This document shows positions 25,909 through 37,149 of a DNA stretch of 64,000 nucleotides, piece by piece (position 1 is the stretch's first letter; each line of letters begins with the position of its first letter). This DNA comes from Octopus sinensis (taxonomy: Eukaryota). The DNA lies in the NCBI RefSeq assembly GCF_006345805.1, contig NC_043005.1, positions 109,616,001-109,680,000 on the forward strand. The letters run 5' to 3'. Below the pieces are notes generated by a model. That model was not told the DNA's origin. It saw only the letters and a list, made by a program, of their open reading frames with translations, and made no database searches. Position numbers and translations under genes: made by a program.

Positions 25909-26128
25909 TATGCATGTTCTTATGTTTGGGCGTCTGTGTTTGTCCCCCAATATCGCTTGACAACTGATGCTGGTGTGTTTACGTCCCCGTAACTTAGCAG
26001 TTCGGCAAAAGAGACTGATAGAATAAGTACTAGGCTTACAAAGAATAAGTCCCGGGGTTGATTTGCTCAACTAAAGGTGGTGCTTCAGCATGGCCACAGT
26101 CAAATGACTGAAACAATAAAAGGGTAAA
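25703..26128 (+). mobile_element. Full-length SINE family A
   Basis: Head aggcgtaggagtggctgtgtgg; tail gtcaaatgactgaaacaataaaag. Confidence 0.9.
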
Positions 26129-26158
26129 AAAAAAAAGAATATTATTTATTATTATTGC

Positions 26159-26192
<34 letters not shown>

Positions 26193-26193
<1 letters not shown>

Positions 26194-26320
26194 GTGGTGA
26201 GAAGCTGGTAGAGTTGTTAGAATGTTGCAAAAGTGTTTTTCGGTGTTGCTTCTAACTTTTCTCTTTCTGAGTTCAAATTCTACCATGGGAAACTTTACCT
26301 TTCATCCCTCAGAATTTAAT
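26193..26320 (+). mobile_element. SINE family B, diverged
   Basis: gtggtgagaagctggtagagttgttagaatg...ctgagttcaaattctacc...actttacctttcatcc. Confidence 0.65.
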
Positions 26321-26411
26321 AGAATAAAATACTAGTTAACAGAATAAAAATAGTAAGGCTGATGGCATTGGATGCCATACCCCAACACCTCAAACTGCTG
26401 GCCTAATGACC

Positions 26412-26454
26412 AAATCATCATCATCATTATTATCATTGTTGTTATTATTATTGC

Positions 26455-26511
<57 letters not shown>

Positions 26512-26535
26512 CATCATTGTTATTATTATTATTGC

Positions 26536-26577
<42 letters not shown>

Positions 26578-26582
26578 CATTG

Positions 26583-26629
<47 letters not shown>

Positions 26630-26650
26630 GTATTATTATTATTATTATTA

Positions 26651-26719
<69 letters not shown>

Positions 26720-26735
26720 TATCATTATTACTGTT
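26412..26735. repeat. (TTA)n microsatellite with internal duplicated interruptions
   Basis: The interruption pattern atcattgtt(g)ttattattattgcta recurs; source of the poly-Ile/Leu/Tyr ORFs. Confidence 0.92.
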
Positions 26736-26747
26736 AATAAAACTTTG

Positions 26748-26950
26748 AGCTGGCAGAATCGTTAGCAAGCTGGATGAAACGCCTAGTGGTATTTCACCCG
26801 TCATTATGTTTTGAGTTCAAATTCCACCAAGATCCACTTTCCCGTTCATCCTTTTGGGGTCGACAGATTAAGTACCAGTGAAACACTGAGGTCGATGTTA
26901 TGGACTAATCTCCTCCCAACAAATTTCAGGACTTGTGCTTTCAGTAGAAT
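26748..26950 (+). mobile_element. SINE family B
   Basis: gagctggcagaatcgttagc...gagttcaaattccacc...gttcatccttttggggtcgacagattaagtaccag...aaatttcaggacttgtgc. Confidence 0.8.
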
Positions 26951-26958
26951 GGACTTAG

Positions 26959-27009
<51 letters not shown>

Positions 27010-27094
27010 GTCATCATCATCATCATCATCGTCATTATCATCATCATCATCATCATCATCAAGCTAGTACATGCTAATTTAATTAGTGAGAGTG

Positions 27095-27720
27095 TTGTCT
27101 TGAGGTTTGGTAAAACCAAGTCTCCTCAAATCTCAATAATTTTTCTTAGCATGCTTGCAGAATATAGGATGATACTTTTCAATAAGTTGACAATGAATGT
27201 CTCAATTTCAATATCTTTCAGTCTCTTATGTACCATTTTGGGTGTTGGGCCAAGTGTACCAGTCACTTTAGGAATAATTATGCTGTTAATCTTCTACAGT
27301 CTTTTCAGCTCTCTAGCTAGATTCTGATGTTTCTCAATTTTTTCTCAATTTCTTTGGTATTTATTCCATTATCATAGGGAATTGCAAATTCTATGATCTT
27401 ACACTGTTTATTTTTCTCTATATAATTATATCAGGTCTTCTTGCTTGAATTGTATGGGCACTATTTATAAGGAGATCCCACAAGATCCTATAATTCTCAT
27501 TTTCTATCAGCACCTGGTACATACTTATACTTACCTGTTATTTTGAAGCCACTTATTCAACCAACATCCAAATCACTCTTTTATCTACATAGTCATACCT
27601 GCACTTATACTCTTTTTATGTCAGCTTACTGCACTCACTTAAGAGACAATTGATAATTTCATCTCCTTTCCTGCAGATTCTACATTTGCTGTTTAATTGA
27701 GTTTTGTCGATTTTTATCAT
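27095..27720 (-). mobile_element. R4/Dong-like non-LTR retrotransposon, 3' fragment (zinc knuckle plus restriction-like endonuclease)
   Basis: Minus-strand IDKTQLNSKCRICRKGDEIINCLLSECSKL resembles the CCHC knuckle of RLE-clade LINEs. It is followed by a PDIII-like segment and the terminal ASMLRKIIEI*. Confidence 0.72.
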
Positions 27721-28093
27721 TATTGTTGTTGTTGTCATCGTTATCACCACCACCACCATCATCATCATCACCATCATTATAATCATGCATTTCACGAGTA
27801 TTATTGGCTCTTGAAAAGTACACAAAATGTATTCATTTCTCTCTAAAGCCAGACCATAGTTAAAACATTACCAAATGAATTTTTTTCGTAGTACTTGAAA
27901 TAAAGAAATATAATTACTTGAAGAAAACCTTCTCTCACTACCCAAGGGTAGAAAAAACAAAGAGGGTTATTTACATGCTTTTTCTTTTTCGTTTTCATGC
28001 ATGACATTTTCACTTTAAAAATGGTGGCCCAACACAGTTACAATATATGACTAAATGTATTTCAACAGCAAACAAGCAAAAAAAAAACCCCAT

Positions 28094-28371
28094 TGTGGGA
28101 TGACGTCAGCAGCTGGGGAGCTGACCAGAATTTGGGGCTAACCGGAAGGGGCAGCCATGACGCGCACACAGCGAGCGGGGCATTCTGCCTTTTCGAGTCA
28201 GGTCGCCGAGGGGTTAAGACGGGTGATTCACATTGTTACGGTTGGGTGAAGCAGCTGCTATCTCTAGCATTTGGGTTGGGCTGTGTTGAAGAATCCGTTA
28301 CTGCTGAAGGGTCTCCATCTGAGCAAAGAGAAGGTAGGGGCCTTTATTTCGAATCTCTCACATACACCACA
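28094..28371. mobile_element. Solo LTR (278 bp) of an LTR retrotransposon
   Basis: Begins TGTGG and ends CCACA (5-bp terminal inverted repeat, TG...CA). Flanked by a perfect 5-bp TSD CCCAT (28089-28093 and 28372-28376). GC/CpG-rich relative to the flanks. Confidence 0.75.
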
Positions 28372-28705
28372 CCCATAATACATAAACATAATACACAGCT
28401 AACAGAAATAAAAGGAGAAAAATAACATTTAAATGAGCGTTCAATACTGAAAAACATTCCAAATAATCTAACTGGTAATTTTGAAAAGTGTGAGAGTGAC
28501 AAAAGTGATGGGGACATTTATGTAGAGTCACAAATGCTAGATCACTTATACAGTACTTGTCTTGCCTCAGTTCTACAAGAAACAGAATATTTAAACTTAG
28601 CATAGTTCCAACAAATAAAAAAAAATGCAATTAGAAGAATGTTGACCCAACTCTGTTTTATTGCCACATGATCTAATCCAAGAGAGAAGAAAGTAAAAAA
28701 TATAT

Positions 28706-29115
28706 AGCTGAAGTGGCTGTGTGGTAAGTAGCTTGTTTACCAACCACATGGTTCCGGGTTCAGTCCCACTGCATGGCATCTTGGGCAAGTATCTTCTGCT
28801 ATAGCCTCGGGCCGACCAATGCCTTGTGAGTGGATTTGGTAGACGGAAACTGAAAGAAGCCTGTCGTATATATGTATATATAAATATGTATGTGTGTGTA
28901 TATGTTTGTGTGCCTGTGTTTGTCCCCCTAGCATCGCTTGCCAACCAATGCTGGTGTGTTTACATCCCCGTCACTTAGCGGTTCAGCAAAAACAGACCAA
29001 TAGAATAAGTATTCAGCTTACAAAGAATAAATCCCGGGGTCAATTTTCTCGACTAAAGGTGGTGCTCCAGCATGGCCGCAGTCAAATGACTGAAACAAGT
29101 AAAAGAGTAAAAGAG
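28706..29115 (+). mobile_element. Full-length SINE family A
   Basis: Family A head and (AAAAGAGT) tail. Confidence 0.9.
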
Positions 29116-29209
29116 CTGCTTTAGTAAAGACGGACCTGAACTGAATCTTCCTGCATAAGAAGTACACCAAGCACTTCAAAATATCTTGGAAGAAATAATC
29201 TCAACAGAA

Positions 29210-29676
29210 GAGGTACGATTTAGCATTATCTGCTGGACCAAATGATGCAGAAACTTAGAAAAAGAGCCTAGATTAGTCAACAGATCCACTCCTATTTTAT
29301 TGCAAGAAAACGCCTGACCATACATCGCAAAAATGACATTGGCGAAACTACAGGAGTTGGAATTGGAAGTTCTTCATCATCCACCATATTCACTTGATCT
29401 TGCTCCTACTGGCTACCACTTCTTCCAGAATTTGGATAACATTTAAATTGGGAAAAAATTTAATTCTGACGATGCTGTAAAACAGGCCTTCCAAGATTTT
29501 ATTGACTCTAGATTGCCAGGCTTTTACAGTTCTGGGCTGGACAAGCTACTGCGGAAATGGTAAAAAATTATTGATGAAATGGGTGAATACTTTGGTGAAT
29601 AAAACTATTCTTTGTATTTATAAAACATTAGCAAACTTTTTTCTTTTCCATAAATTTCATACTTGATGACCTAATA
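29210..29676 (+). mobile_element. Mariner (Tc1/mariner) transposase 3' fragment with right TIR, pseudogenised
   Basis: Translates to ...LEVLHHPPYSLDLAPTGYHFFQNLDN...FNSDDAVKQAFQDFIDSR...SGLDKLLRKW*KIIDEMGEYFG, matching the mariner HPPYSPDLAP motif and C-terminus. Ends gatgacctaata. Confidence 0.85.
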
Positions 29677-29679
29677 TTT

Positions 29680-30100
29680 ATATTCCCTTATTCTGGCCTA
29701 TTTTTCATTTCATATATAAGTTCCTATAGCCAGGCCATTTCCCTGTTATGCTATACCTTTTTGCTTCAAATATCTGACCAAAGTCCCTTGCTGCTTCAGT
29801 ATTTGGTACATTATTTTCCTGATGTTCATTCTCATTGTTTAACTGTTGTTAATGTTTTCTCTGATTGATTCTGAAGAGCCTGAACTTCTGGGTGTAAATT
29901 ATTCTTTGTATATAAGTTTATTTTTTTATATTACCTTAATTTTTTGGCTTATCTCTGCTCTATTTTCTTGTAATCTTTTGAGTCTGATGTTGTACTTTTT
30001 TGAGTGCACTTCTGCATCTTTCCTTCATTGGTTTTTCAAATATTTTCCAAGATGTTTCTTGAACTATTCCATTTGATACTCAACCTTCTGCTAATCATTA
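29680..30100 (-). mobile_element. R4/Dong-like LINE fragment (region upstream of the RT)
   Basis: Minus-strand EHQENNVPNTEAARDFGQIF resembles the P..E.AR.FW..IW segment preceding the RT in RLE-clade LINEs; decayed. Confidence 0.5.
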
Positions 30101-30251
30101 TCATCATTAAAGTTATTACAGGCTACTTTAATTAACAGGGATAATGTCTAGAAGTTTGGTGACAACAAATCTCAGATCTCAAGAATCTTTCATAGTGAGC
30201 ATCACAAATGCAGTCTCCTTCAGCTTCTTAGGTTGCAATCGGGTTGTGAAA

Positions 30252-30728
30252 AGTGGTTGTGTGGTAAGTAGCTTGCTTACCAGCCACATGGTTCCGGGTT
30301 CAGTCCCACTGCATGGCACCTTGAGCAAGTGTTTTCTACTATAGCCTCGGGCTGACCAAAGCCTTGTGAGTGGATTTGGTAGACGGAAACTGAAAGAAGC
30401 CTGTCGTATATATATATATATATACATACATACATACACACACATACCATGTTTTTGTGTCTGTGTTCCCCCCCCACTACCACTGTTTGACAATTGGTGG
30501 TGGTGTAGTTGCAACCCTGTAACTTAGCGGTTTGGCAAAAGTGACCAATAGAATAAGTACCAGGCTTACAAAATAAGTCTCATGTATGTGTATGTATATG
30601 TTTGTGTGTCTGTGTTTGTCCCCCCAACATTGCTTGACAACCGATGCTGGTGTGTTCATGTCCCCATAACTTAGCGGTTCAGCCGCAGTCAAATGGCTGA
30701 AACAAGTAAAAGAGTAAAGAGTAGAAGA
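30252..30728 (+). mobile_element. SINE family A with a partially duplicated, internally deleted 3' half
   Basis: Head plus body 30252-30580, then a second microsatellite plus 3' half 30581-30728 that jumps from ttagcggttca to gccgcagtcaaatg. Confidence 0.85.
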
Positions 30729-30744
30729 GTAATTACCACAGGTA

Positions 30745-32165
30745 GTTGTCACACGTCTTCCACAATTTCTTCATTTCTCTGGCCAGGTCTTGATATTTCT
30801 CAATTTCCTCAGTTTCTTTGCTATCATCTCCATTATTATATGGTATTGCAAAGTCTCTGACCTTACACTGTTTCCAATGGTTTTTTAATTTTTTTTCTTT
30901 TGCCCTTTACAAACATTTCTGGTCTCCTAGATTCAGTAATATGTTCGTTCATGGTGGAGAAATCTTTTAAGACCTTGTAATTATTACTCTCTATCACAGC
31001 TTCTCTTACTTTGAATCCATGCATTTGACTAACATCCTAATGCACTCTTTTAACTATAGCCAGACCTGCACTTACTGAAGGCAGCGAGCTGGCAGAAACG
31101 TTAGTGCACAGGGTGAAATGTTTAGAGGTATTTCATCTGTCGTTACATTCTGAGTTCAAATTCACCGAGGTCAACTTTACCTTTCATCCTTTCGGGATCG
31201 ATTAAATAAGTACCAGTTTCGCACTGGGGTCGATGTAATCCACTTAATTCCTTTGTCTGTCCTTGTTTGTCCCCTCTATGTTTAGCCCCTTGTGGGTAGT
31301 AAAGAAATATACCTGCTCTTACTGCATTCCCTCAAGGGATTGTTAATATCTTTGTTTCCTATCCCACAGATTTGGCTTGTTTCTGAGTGGCTATAATTCA
31401 GCAGTTTGGGTTCTTGTTTTCAGTTTCTGCTCATCAGACACAACCAGTGCACTTGAATTCCAACATTTTTGGTTCATTGCATAAATTGACCATGTAATTC
31501 TTTCCTTCTCTTTCCGTCTACTTGTTCTGTTCTTCTATTTCTGTTACATTTTGCATATCAGCAGCTGTATGTAGCATCCTTTCTTCACAACGTACACCAT
31601 AGTTTTACAAACCCAATATCACAGTACCAAAGGCATCTTCTACATTTATCAGTCTTCTGACTCCTTCCTTTCTTAGTAGAGCTTCTTGGTATTACTTTTA
31701 GGGTGCTGCACACTGTGCATTCTGAGCACTTTCCTAGTTCTTCTAAATTCTCTAGCTTGCTCTTTGTCCATTTTAGAAAAGGATCAGAATATTTTAATAC
31801 TAACATAGTCCTTGTATTGCTTCTTTTGATAATATTAGCTTTATTTAACTTTGCTTTGAGTAGCCTTATAATTCTTCTCTTGTATTCTTTGGAGATTTTC
31901 CCTCTCATTTCTCCTTCCATTATCTTGTCATCTTGCAGCACCCCTACGTACTTGAATCCATCATTAGCCCTTACTTATCTAAGGATTTTGTCTGGTGAAA
32001 ATTTTATACCATCAAAGTTTATCTTTCAGCTCTCTTTCAGCCATAATTAACACTGCACCCTTAATTACCCCAAACTCTATACTAATATCCTGTGTGAATA
32101 CTGTCACTGCTTGGATTTCGGAATCCAGATCTTTTCCACATTTTATACGCAGTTTCACGCCAGTC
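30745..32165 (-). mobile_element. R4/Dong-like LINE fragment (RT C-terminus to RLE), interrupted by a SINE B
   Basis: AVTVFTQDISIEFGVIKGAVL; FKYVGVLQDD...EYKRRIIRLLKAKLNKANIIK; ICGIGNKDINNPLRECSK; EEIEKYQDLAREMKKLWK are RT thumb, knuckle and RLE motifs of R4-clade elements. Confidence 0.8.
31080..31310 (+). mobile_element. SINE family B inserted in a LINE
   Basis: ggcagcgagctggcagaaacgttag...ctgagttcaaattcaccgaggtcaactttacctttcatcctttcgggatcgattaaataagtaccag. Confidence 0.85.
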
Positions 32166-32459
32166 ATATAAGTAAAATATTTATAATACTCTTTACACAC
32201 ACACAAATACATAGATACACACACACTCACACACACAAATACATAGATACACACACACACGCACACACACAAATACATAGATACACACACACACACACAC
32301 ACAACTATATATGCACATATATATATATACATTATCAGCCTAAACAGATATATTTTCCTAAAATGCTTTACACAACAATTATTTTGATTATGCTTGCAAA
32401 ATACATATATATGTGTGTGCGTGTGTGTGTGTATGTATATAAATGTGTGTGTATATGTA

Positions 32460-32490
<31 letters not shown>

Positions 32491-32548
32491 GTATATACAT
32501 ATATATATATTTATATATATATAAGTATATAGATAGATAGACAGATAC

Positions 32549-32615
<67 letters not shown>

Positions 32616-33640
32616 GATAATTTAAATAGATAAGTATATATGTGTGTAAGTATGAATATGTATGTCATATATATGTGTCTATACATATGTAAGCACACAT
32701 TCTTCTTTGATAAAATGGCTATTTGCCAGTTTATACACTTCATCAATATAATATGTAAATTTTTGAACAAAGACCAAAAATAAATAAATGAAACAAATAC
32801 AAAATAGGAACAAAAACAATATAAAAAAAAAACTTAATGAAATACATAATAATAAATAAACATAAAATAAATAGACATAATATATATAAAAAAAGATATA
32901 TGAAAGAAACTGGACCGAAATAGATCAAACGAAATTTGGGTGGGGATGAAGGAATCGGTGTATATATATATCAGAGCAAAACTATTATTTAGTTAAATTA
33001 TTAGATACAGAGACCATATTAAATCAATGAACAGATGTGGGAAGAACAAAAGACTAAATCAAGAAACAATACAAAATAAGAATAGGAATTCTTTACTTTG
33101 GCTCAGGAAGCACAAAATTATTGCAAGGTTTGGCAGAGTAGGGTTGTGATGGTTTAATTGACTCCCCGACCACTACCCACCACCACCACCCATACAGATG
33201 TGTTGGCTGTTTTCAACTTTATTGCTCTTCTTCATTTTATTAACCCTAGAGGGAAGAAATGAAAAGTCAGCTCATCTCATCAGCCAATTCTTCTTCCAAG
33301 ATGGGATTTGAACTCAGAATGTAAATGAATACAAAATGGGATTTCAGTAAATATTCTACATAGACAATATTTTACGTAGGATGTGGACAGTTCCCACGAG
33401 CAATATTTTTAGAATTTCTTCCATTTTTGGATTTCCTAGTATCTGAGCAAGGTAGTAATCAACCCTTTTTGCTATCATTCCGAGGACACCGATGACAACA
33501 GCTATTTTTTTTTAGTCTTGAGGTTCCACATTTTGCCAATTTCTATTTCTTTATGCTTGTTCAATTTTTGGTAGGTTTTGACAGATACATTTATGTTGAT
33601 TGGAATAGTCATATTGATAAGGAGGCATGACTTTTGTCTA

Positions 33641-33706
<66 letters not shown>

Positions 33707-33707
33707 T

Positions 33708-33895
33708 AGGTGGTAAGCTGGCAGAATTTTTAGCACACTGGATGAAAAGTTTAGTGGCACTTTGCCCATTGCTACATTTCTAAGTTTAAATTCTCACCTT
33801 TCAGGGTTTGATAGATTAAGTACCTGTGAAACACTGGGGTTGATGTAATTGACTAGTCTCCTCCCGCCAAATTTCAGGCTTTGTGCCTACAACAG
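33708..33895 (+). mobile_element. SINE family B, diverged
   Basis: aggtggtaagctggcagaatttttagcac...cctttcagggtttgatagattaagtacc...aaatttcaggctttgtgcc. Confidence 0.75.
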
Positions 33896-33939
33896 AGACG
33901 ATTATTATTATTATTATTATTACTATCACTATCAGAAAT

Positions 33940-34330
33940 GCCACCCAGATGATAGTTTTATGCTAACAATAATATTGCTAATTAATATAGTTTCTTTTAT
34001 TCCCAGGTTCCCAATGTTTCTCTCTGTAGCTTCACTGGTATTTTTTGAGGCATTAGCATAGTGGTATTCTTTAACCCTAAAGTAATCTTGTCTGATGTAG
34101 ACTTCATAACATTCACTATTCCTGATTTTATATACCATTTAGGGCCACAGACATATATTTTCATCTTTGATCAGGCGGTTGGTCAATGTACATAAGGTGT
34201 TCTTTTGGCCTATTTTTTGTTAGGACTCTCCTCAGGGAAGGTTCTGAGTATACAAGTCAAATATTCAATCCTTCCTTATGGATCACAAAGTGAATTGCAA
34301 CCATTGTTTTCTCATTGAAATGTGGCAATT
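33940..34330 (-). mobile_element. Probable R4/Dong-like LINE fragment, heavily decayed
   Basis: Weak resemblance of the minus-strand translation (TNRLIKDENICLW; LRVKEYHYANASK) to the post-RT region of R4-clade ORFs. Confidence 0.35.
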
Positions 34331-36039
34331 ACAAAAAACTCATGTATGAGATTTATTATGTGTTCTGCTGATGTGTGTGTGTGTGCAGGCACACGTGCAT
34401 GTGTGTAGATGCATACACACACACATTACACATGCACACACAAACTTGCACACATACATACACATACTTACACACACATATGTATATATACTGATAAAAG
34501 CTTTTATGTATGGTGCAGGCATGATATTCCACATTTGTCACTACTTCTGTGAAACAGGGGTGATGCTGATACTCCTTGTTGAGATTGTAACTAGTTGCTA
34601 TGTTCTGTTGTGTCTGGGGAGAGTCATTTTCTTTTTGTGCCTTATAATGTAACACACTCACTGGTAAAATTTCCACTTATTTCTTATTTTTATTTTCCTA
34701 AAATTTTCGTTGCGTCTTTCAACCTTTTCAATAGTTTTGACTCTGTCTGTTATTTACACTGTGTTCCTTTTTGTTTGTTTGTGTGCATGTGTGTGGGTCA
34801 GTGTGTGTGTGTGTGTGTGTGTGTGTGCCTATGCATGCATGCAATCATGTACGTATGTATGTATGCATGTGTATGTATGTATGCATGTGTATGTATGTAT
34901 GCATGTGTGTGTATGTATACATGTGTGTGTATGTACGTGTGTGCATCTGTATGTATTCTGCATATTCATGTGCTTGCATGTCAATGTTTGTGTATTTTTT
35001 ATGTATGTGTGTGTGTGTGAGCGTGTGTTTGTATATGTATGCACCTCTGTGTGTGCATGTCTGTGTGTGTGTATGTATTTTGCAACTATGTACCATGTTA
35101 GTATGTATGGATGTGAATCTCTATATATGTGGACATGTGTCTCCATGTGTGTCCTTGTGTGGAGTAAAGTGTGTGTGTATATATGGTCATGTGTTTCAGT
35201 CTCCAGCTCTCCCCAGACACAACAATATGCTTCAACACACGAACTGACATAAAGAATCTTGCAAACCAAATCCAAAAACGAAATATAGTTACTCTGTGCT
35301 TACACAGAATTCAGGAATAAATACAATAGTTTATTTTGTAAAAAATAAGTAAAGGTTGGTGAGAAGGTAAGCATCTATTAGTAAAATGTAAAATCTTGCT
35401 TCAAATAATTCCCTATCTAACCAATTGTAGCAGAACCCCTCATCCAGAAAACAGACATGGTGTAGTGATACAGCTATGATTTATGCTAGAGTTATGTAAG
35501 GTCATAACATTCAGTGCCCCCCAGTAGATTGAGGATGTCATGGGTTTGCAGTTAGGTAATTAGATCCACAATGTACCTATTTGGGGGTTTGGTACAGGGA
35601 AAGGGTAGCAGTAAAAAGAAGCCTGAAAATAGAAAAATGCTTCATTATGGATATGAGAGATGCATGTGGGATAAATTGACTGCATTGATATCCAAAAACA
35701 AATCCTCGGTGAATTGTAAAGTACTCAAGTTGCTGAAAGGAGTGGTTGTCACTGCACTCAACTTTAAGTAATGGCCACATGGAAATTAGAGAGGAAAAGC
35801 ATGCAACGTCGCAGACCAAAGAATTCAGACATTTCCAAGTAGCAACAATACAGCTCAGAAGTGCCGGAAGAAATGTAGTATTGTCAAAAAGAGGAAATAT
35901 TGTTTATTTCCAGTCAACAAATCATAAATGAACTGCCTTACAGTTCAAGTTATATGCAATACATATGCATGCACTCAGACATACATGCATAGATGTATGC
36001 CTCATTGTTCAGTTTTATTTCAAGATTTCTTGCTACTAG

Positions 36040-37140
36040 AAAAAGAGCCAGTTTCTAACTTCGACTGGGGATCTGGGAAGCCTGGAGCCTGGTGCAGCCT
36101 TCTGGCTTCCCAGATCCCCGGTCAAACCGTCTAACCCATGCTAGCATGGAGAACGGACGTTAAACGATGATGATGATGATGATGATTCAAGGCTCCTTCA
36201 TTGGAATTTCAACATCAATAACAGGGTAGTTTTGTATGTATGTATATATGTATGTATGTATATATGTATGTATGCATGCATATATGTATGTGGAGTGGTT
36301 GGCGTTAGGAAGGGCATCCAGCTGTAGAAACACAGCCAGATCTGACTGGCCTGGTGCAGCCTTCAGGCTTCCCAGACTCCAGTTGAACCGTCCAACCCAT
36401 GCTAGCATGGAAGGCGGACGTTAAACGACGATGATGATGATGATGATGCATATATGTATGTATGTATGGATGGATGGATGCATGCATGTATGTATGTAAG
36501 TATAAGTGCAGATTTTATGTTTTACTTTATGTATTCTCATGAAGACCTCTGCTTGTGAAGACCTGTTGGAGCAAGTGAAATTTGAATCGAAATTGAACCA
36601 ATCCTATGACTGGCACCCGGCAGTTGCCAGTGCTGCTGGACTGACTCCTGTGCAGGTGGCAAGTAAAGAAACACCGTTTCGACCCTGTGCTTGAGGAGAC
36701 CTATTGAGTCAAGTACATCAACATCAAAAATCAATGGAAATTGTAGTTGTGATCCCTGTGCTGGTGGCACGTAAAAAGCACCATCTGAACGTGGCCGATG
36801 CCAGTGCCGCCTTGACTGGCTTCCATGCCAGTGGCATGTAAAATGCACCATCCAAACATGGCCGATACCAGCGCCGCCTTGACTGCCAGTGGCACGTAAA
36901 AAGCACCAATCTGATCATGGCCGTTGCCAGCCTTGCCTGGCACCTGTGCCGGTGGCACATAAAAAGCACCCACTACACTCAAGGAGTAGTTGGCATTAGG
37001 AAGGGCATCCAGCTGTAGAAACTCTGCCAGATCAGACTGGGGCCTGGTGCAGCCTTCTGGCTTCCCAGATCCTGGTCGAACCATCCAACCCATGCTATCA
37101 TGGAAAGCAGACGTTAAACGATGATGATGATGATGATGAT
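36040..37140 (+). mobile_element. Cluster of family C non-autonomous retroelements: two 3' fragments (36040-36190, 36290-36450) and one near-full copy (36545-37140)
   Basis: All end ...ccaacccatgctagcatggaa.gcggacgttaaacgatgatgat. The full copy has internal ~62-bp tandem units. The (GAT)n tail suggests mobilisation by an RTE-type LINE (inference). Confidence 0.8.
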
Positions 37141-37149
37141 AGTTGCATA

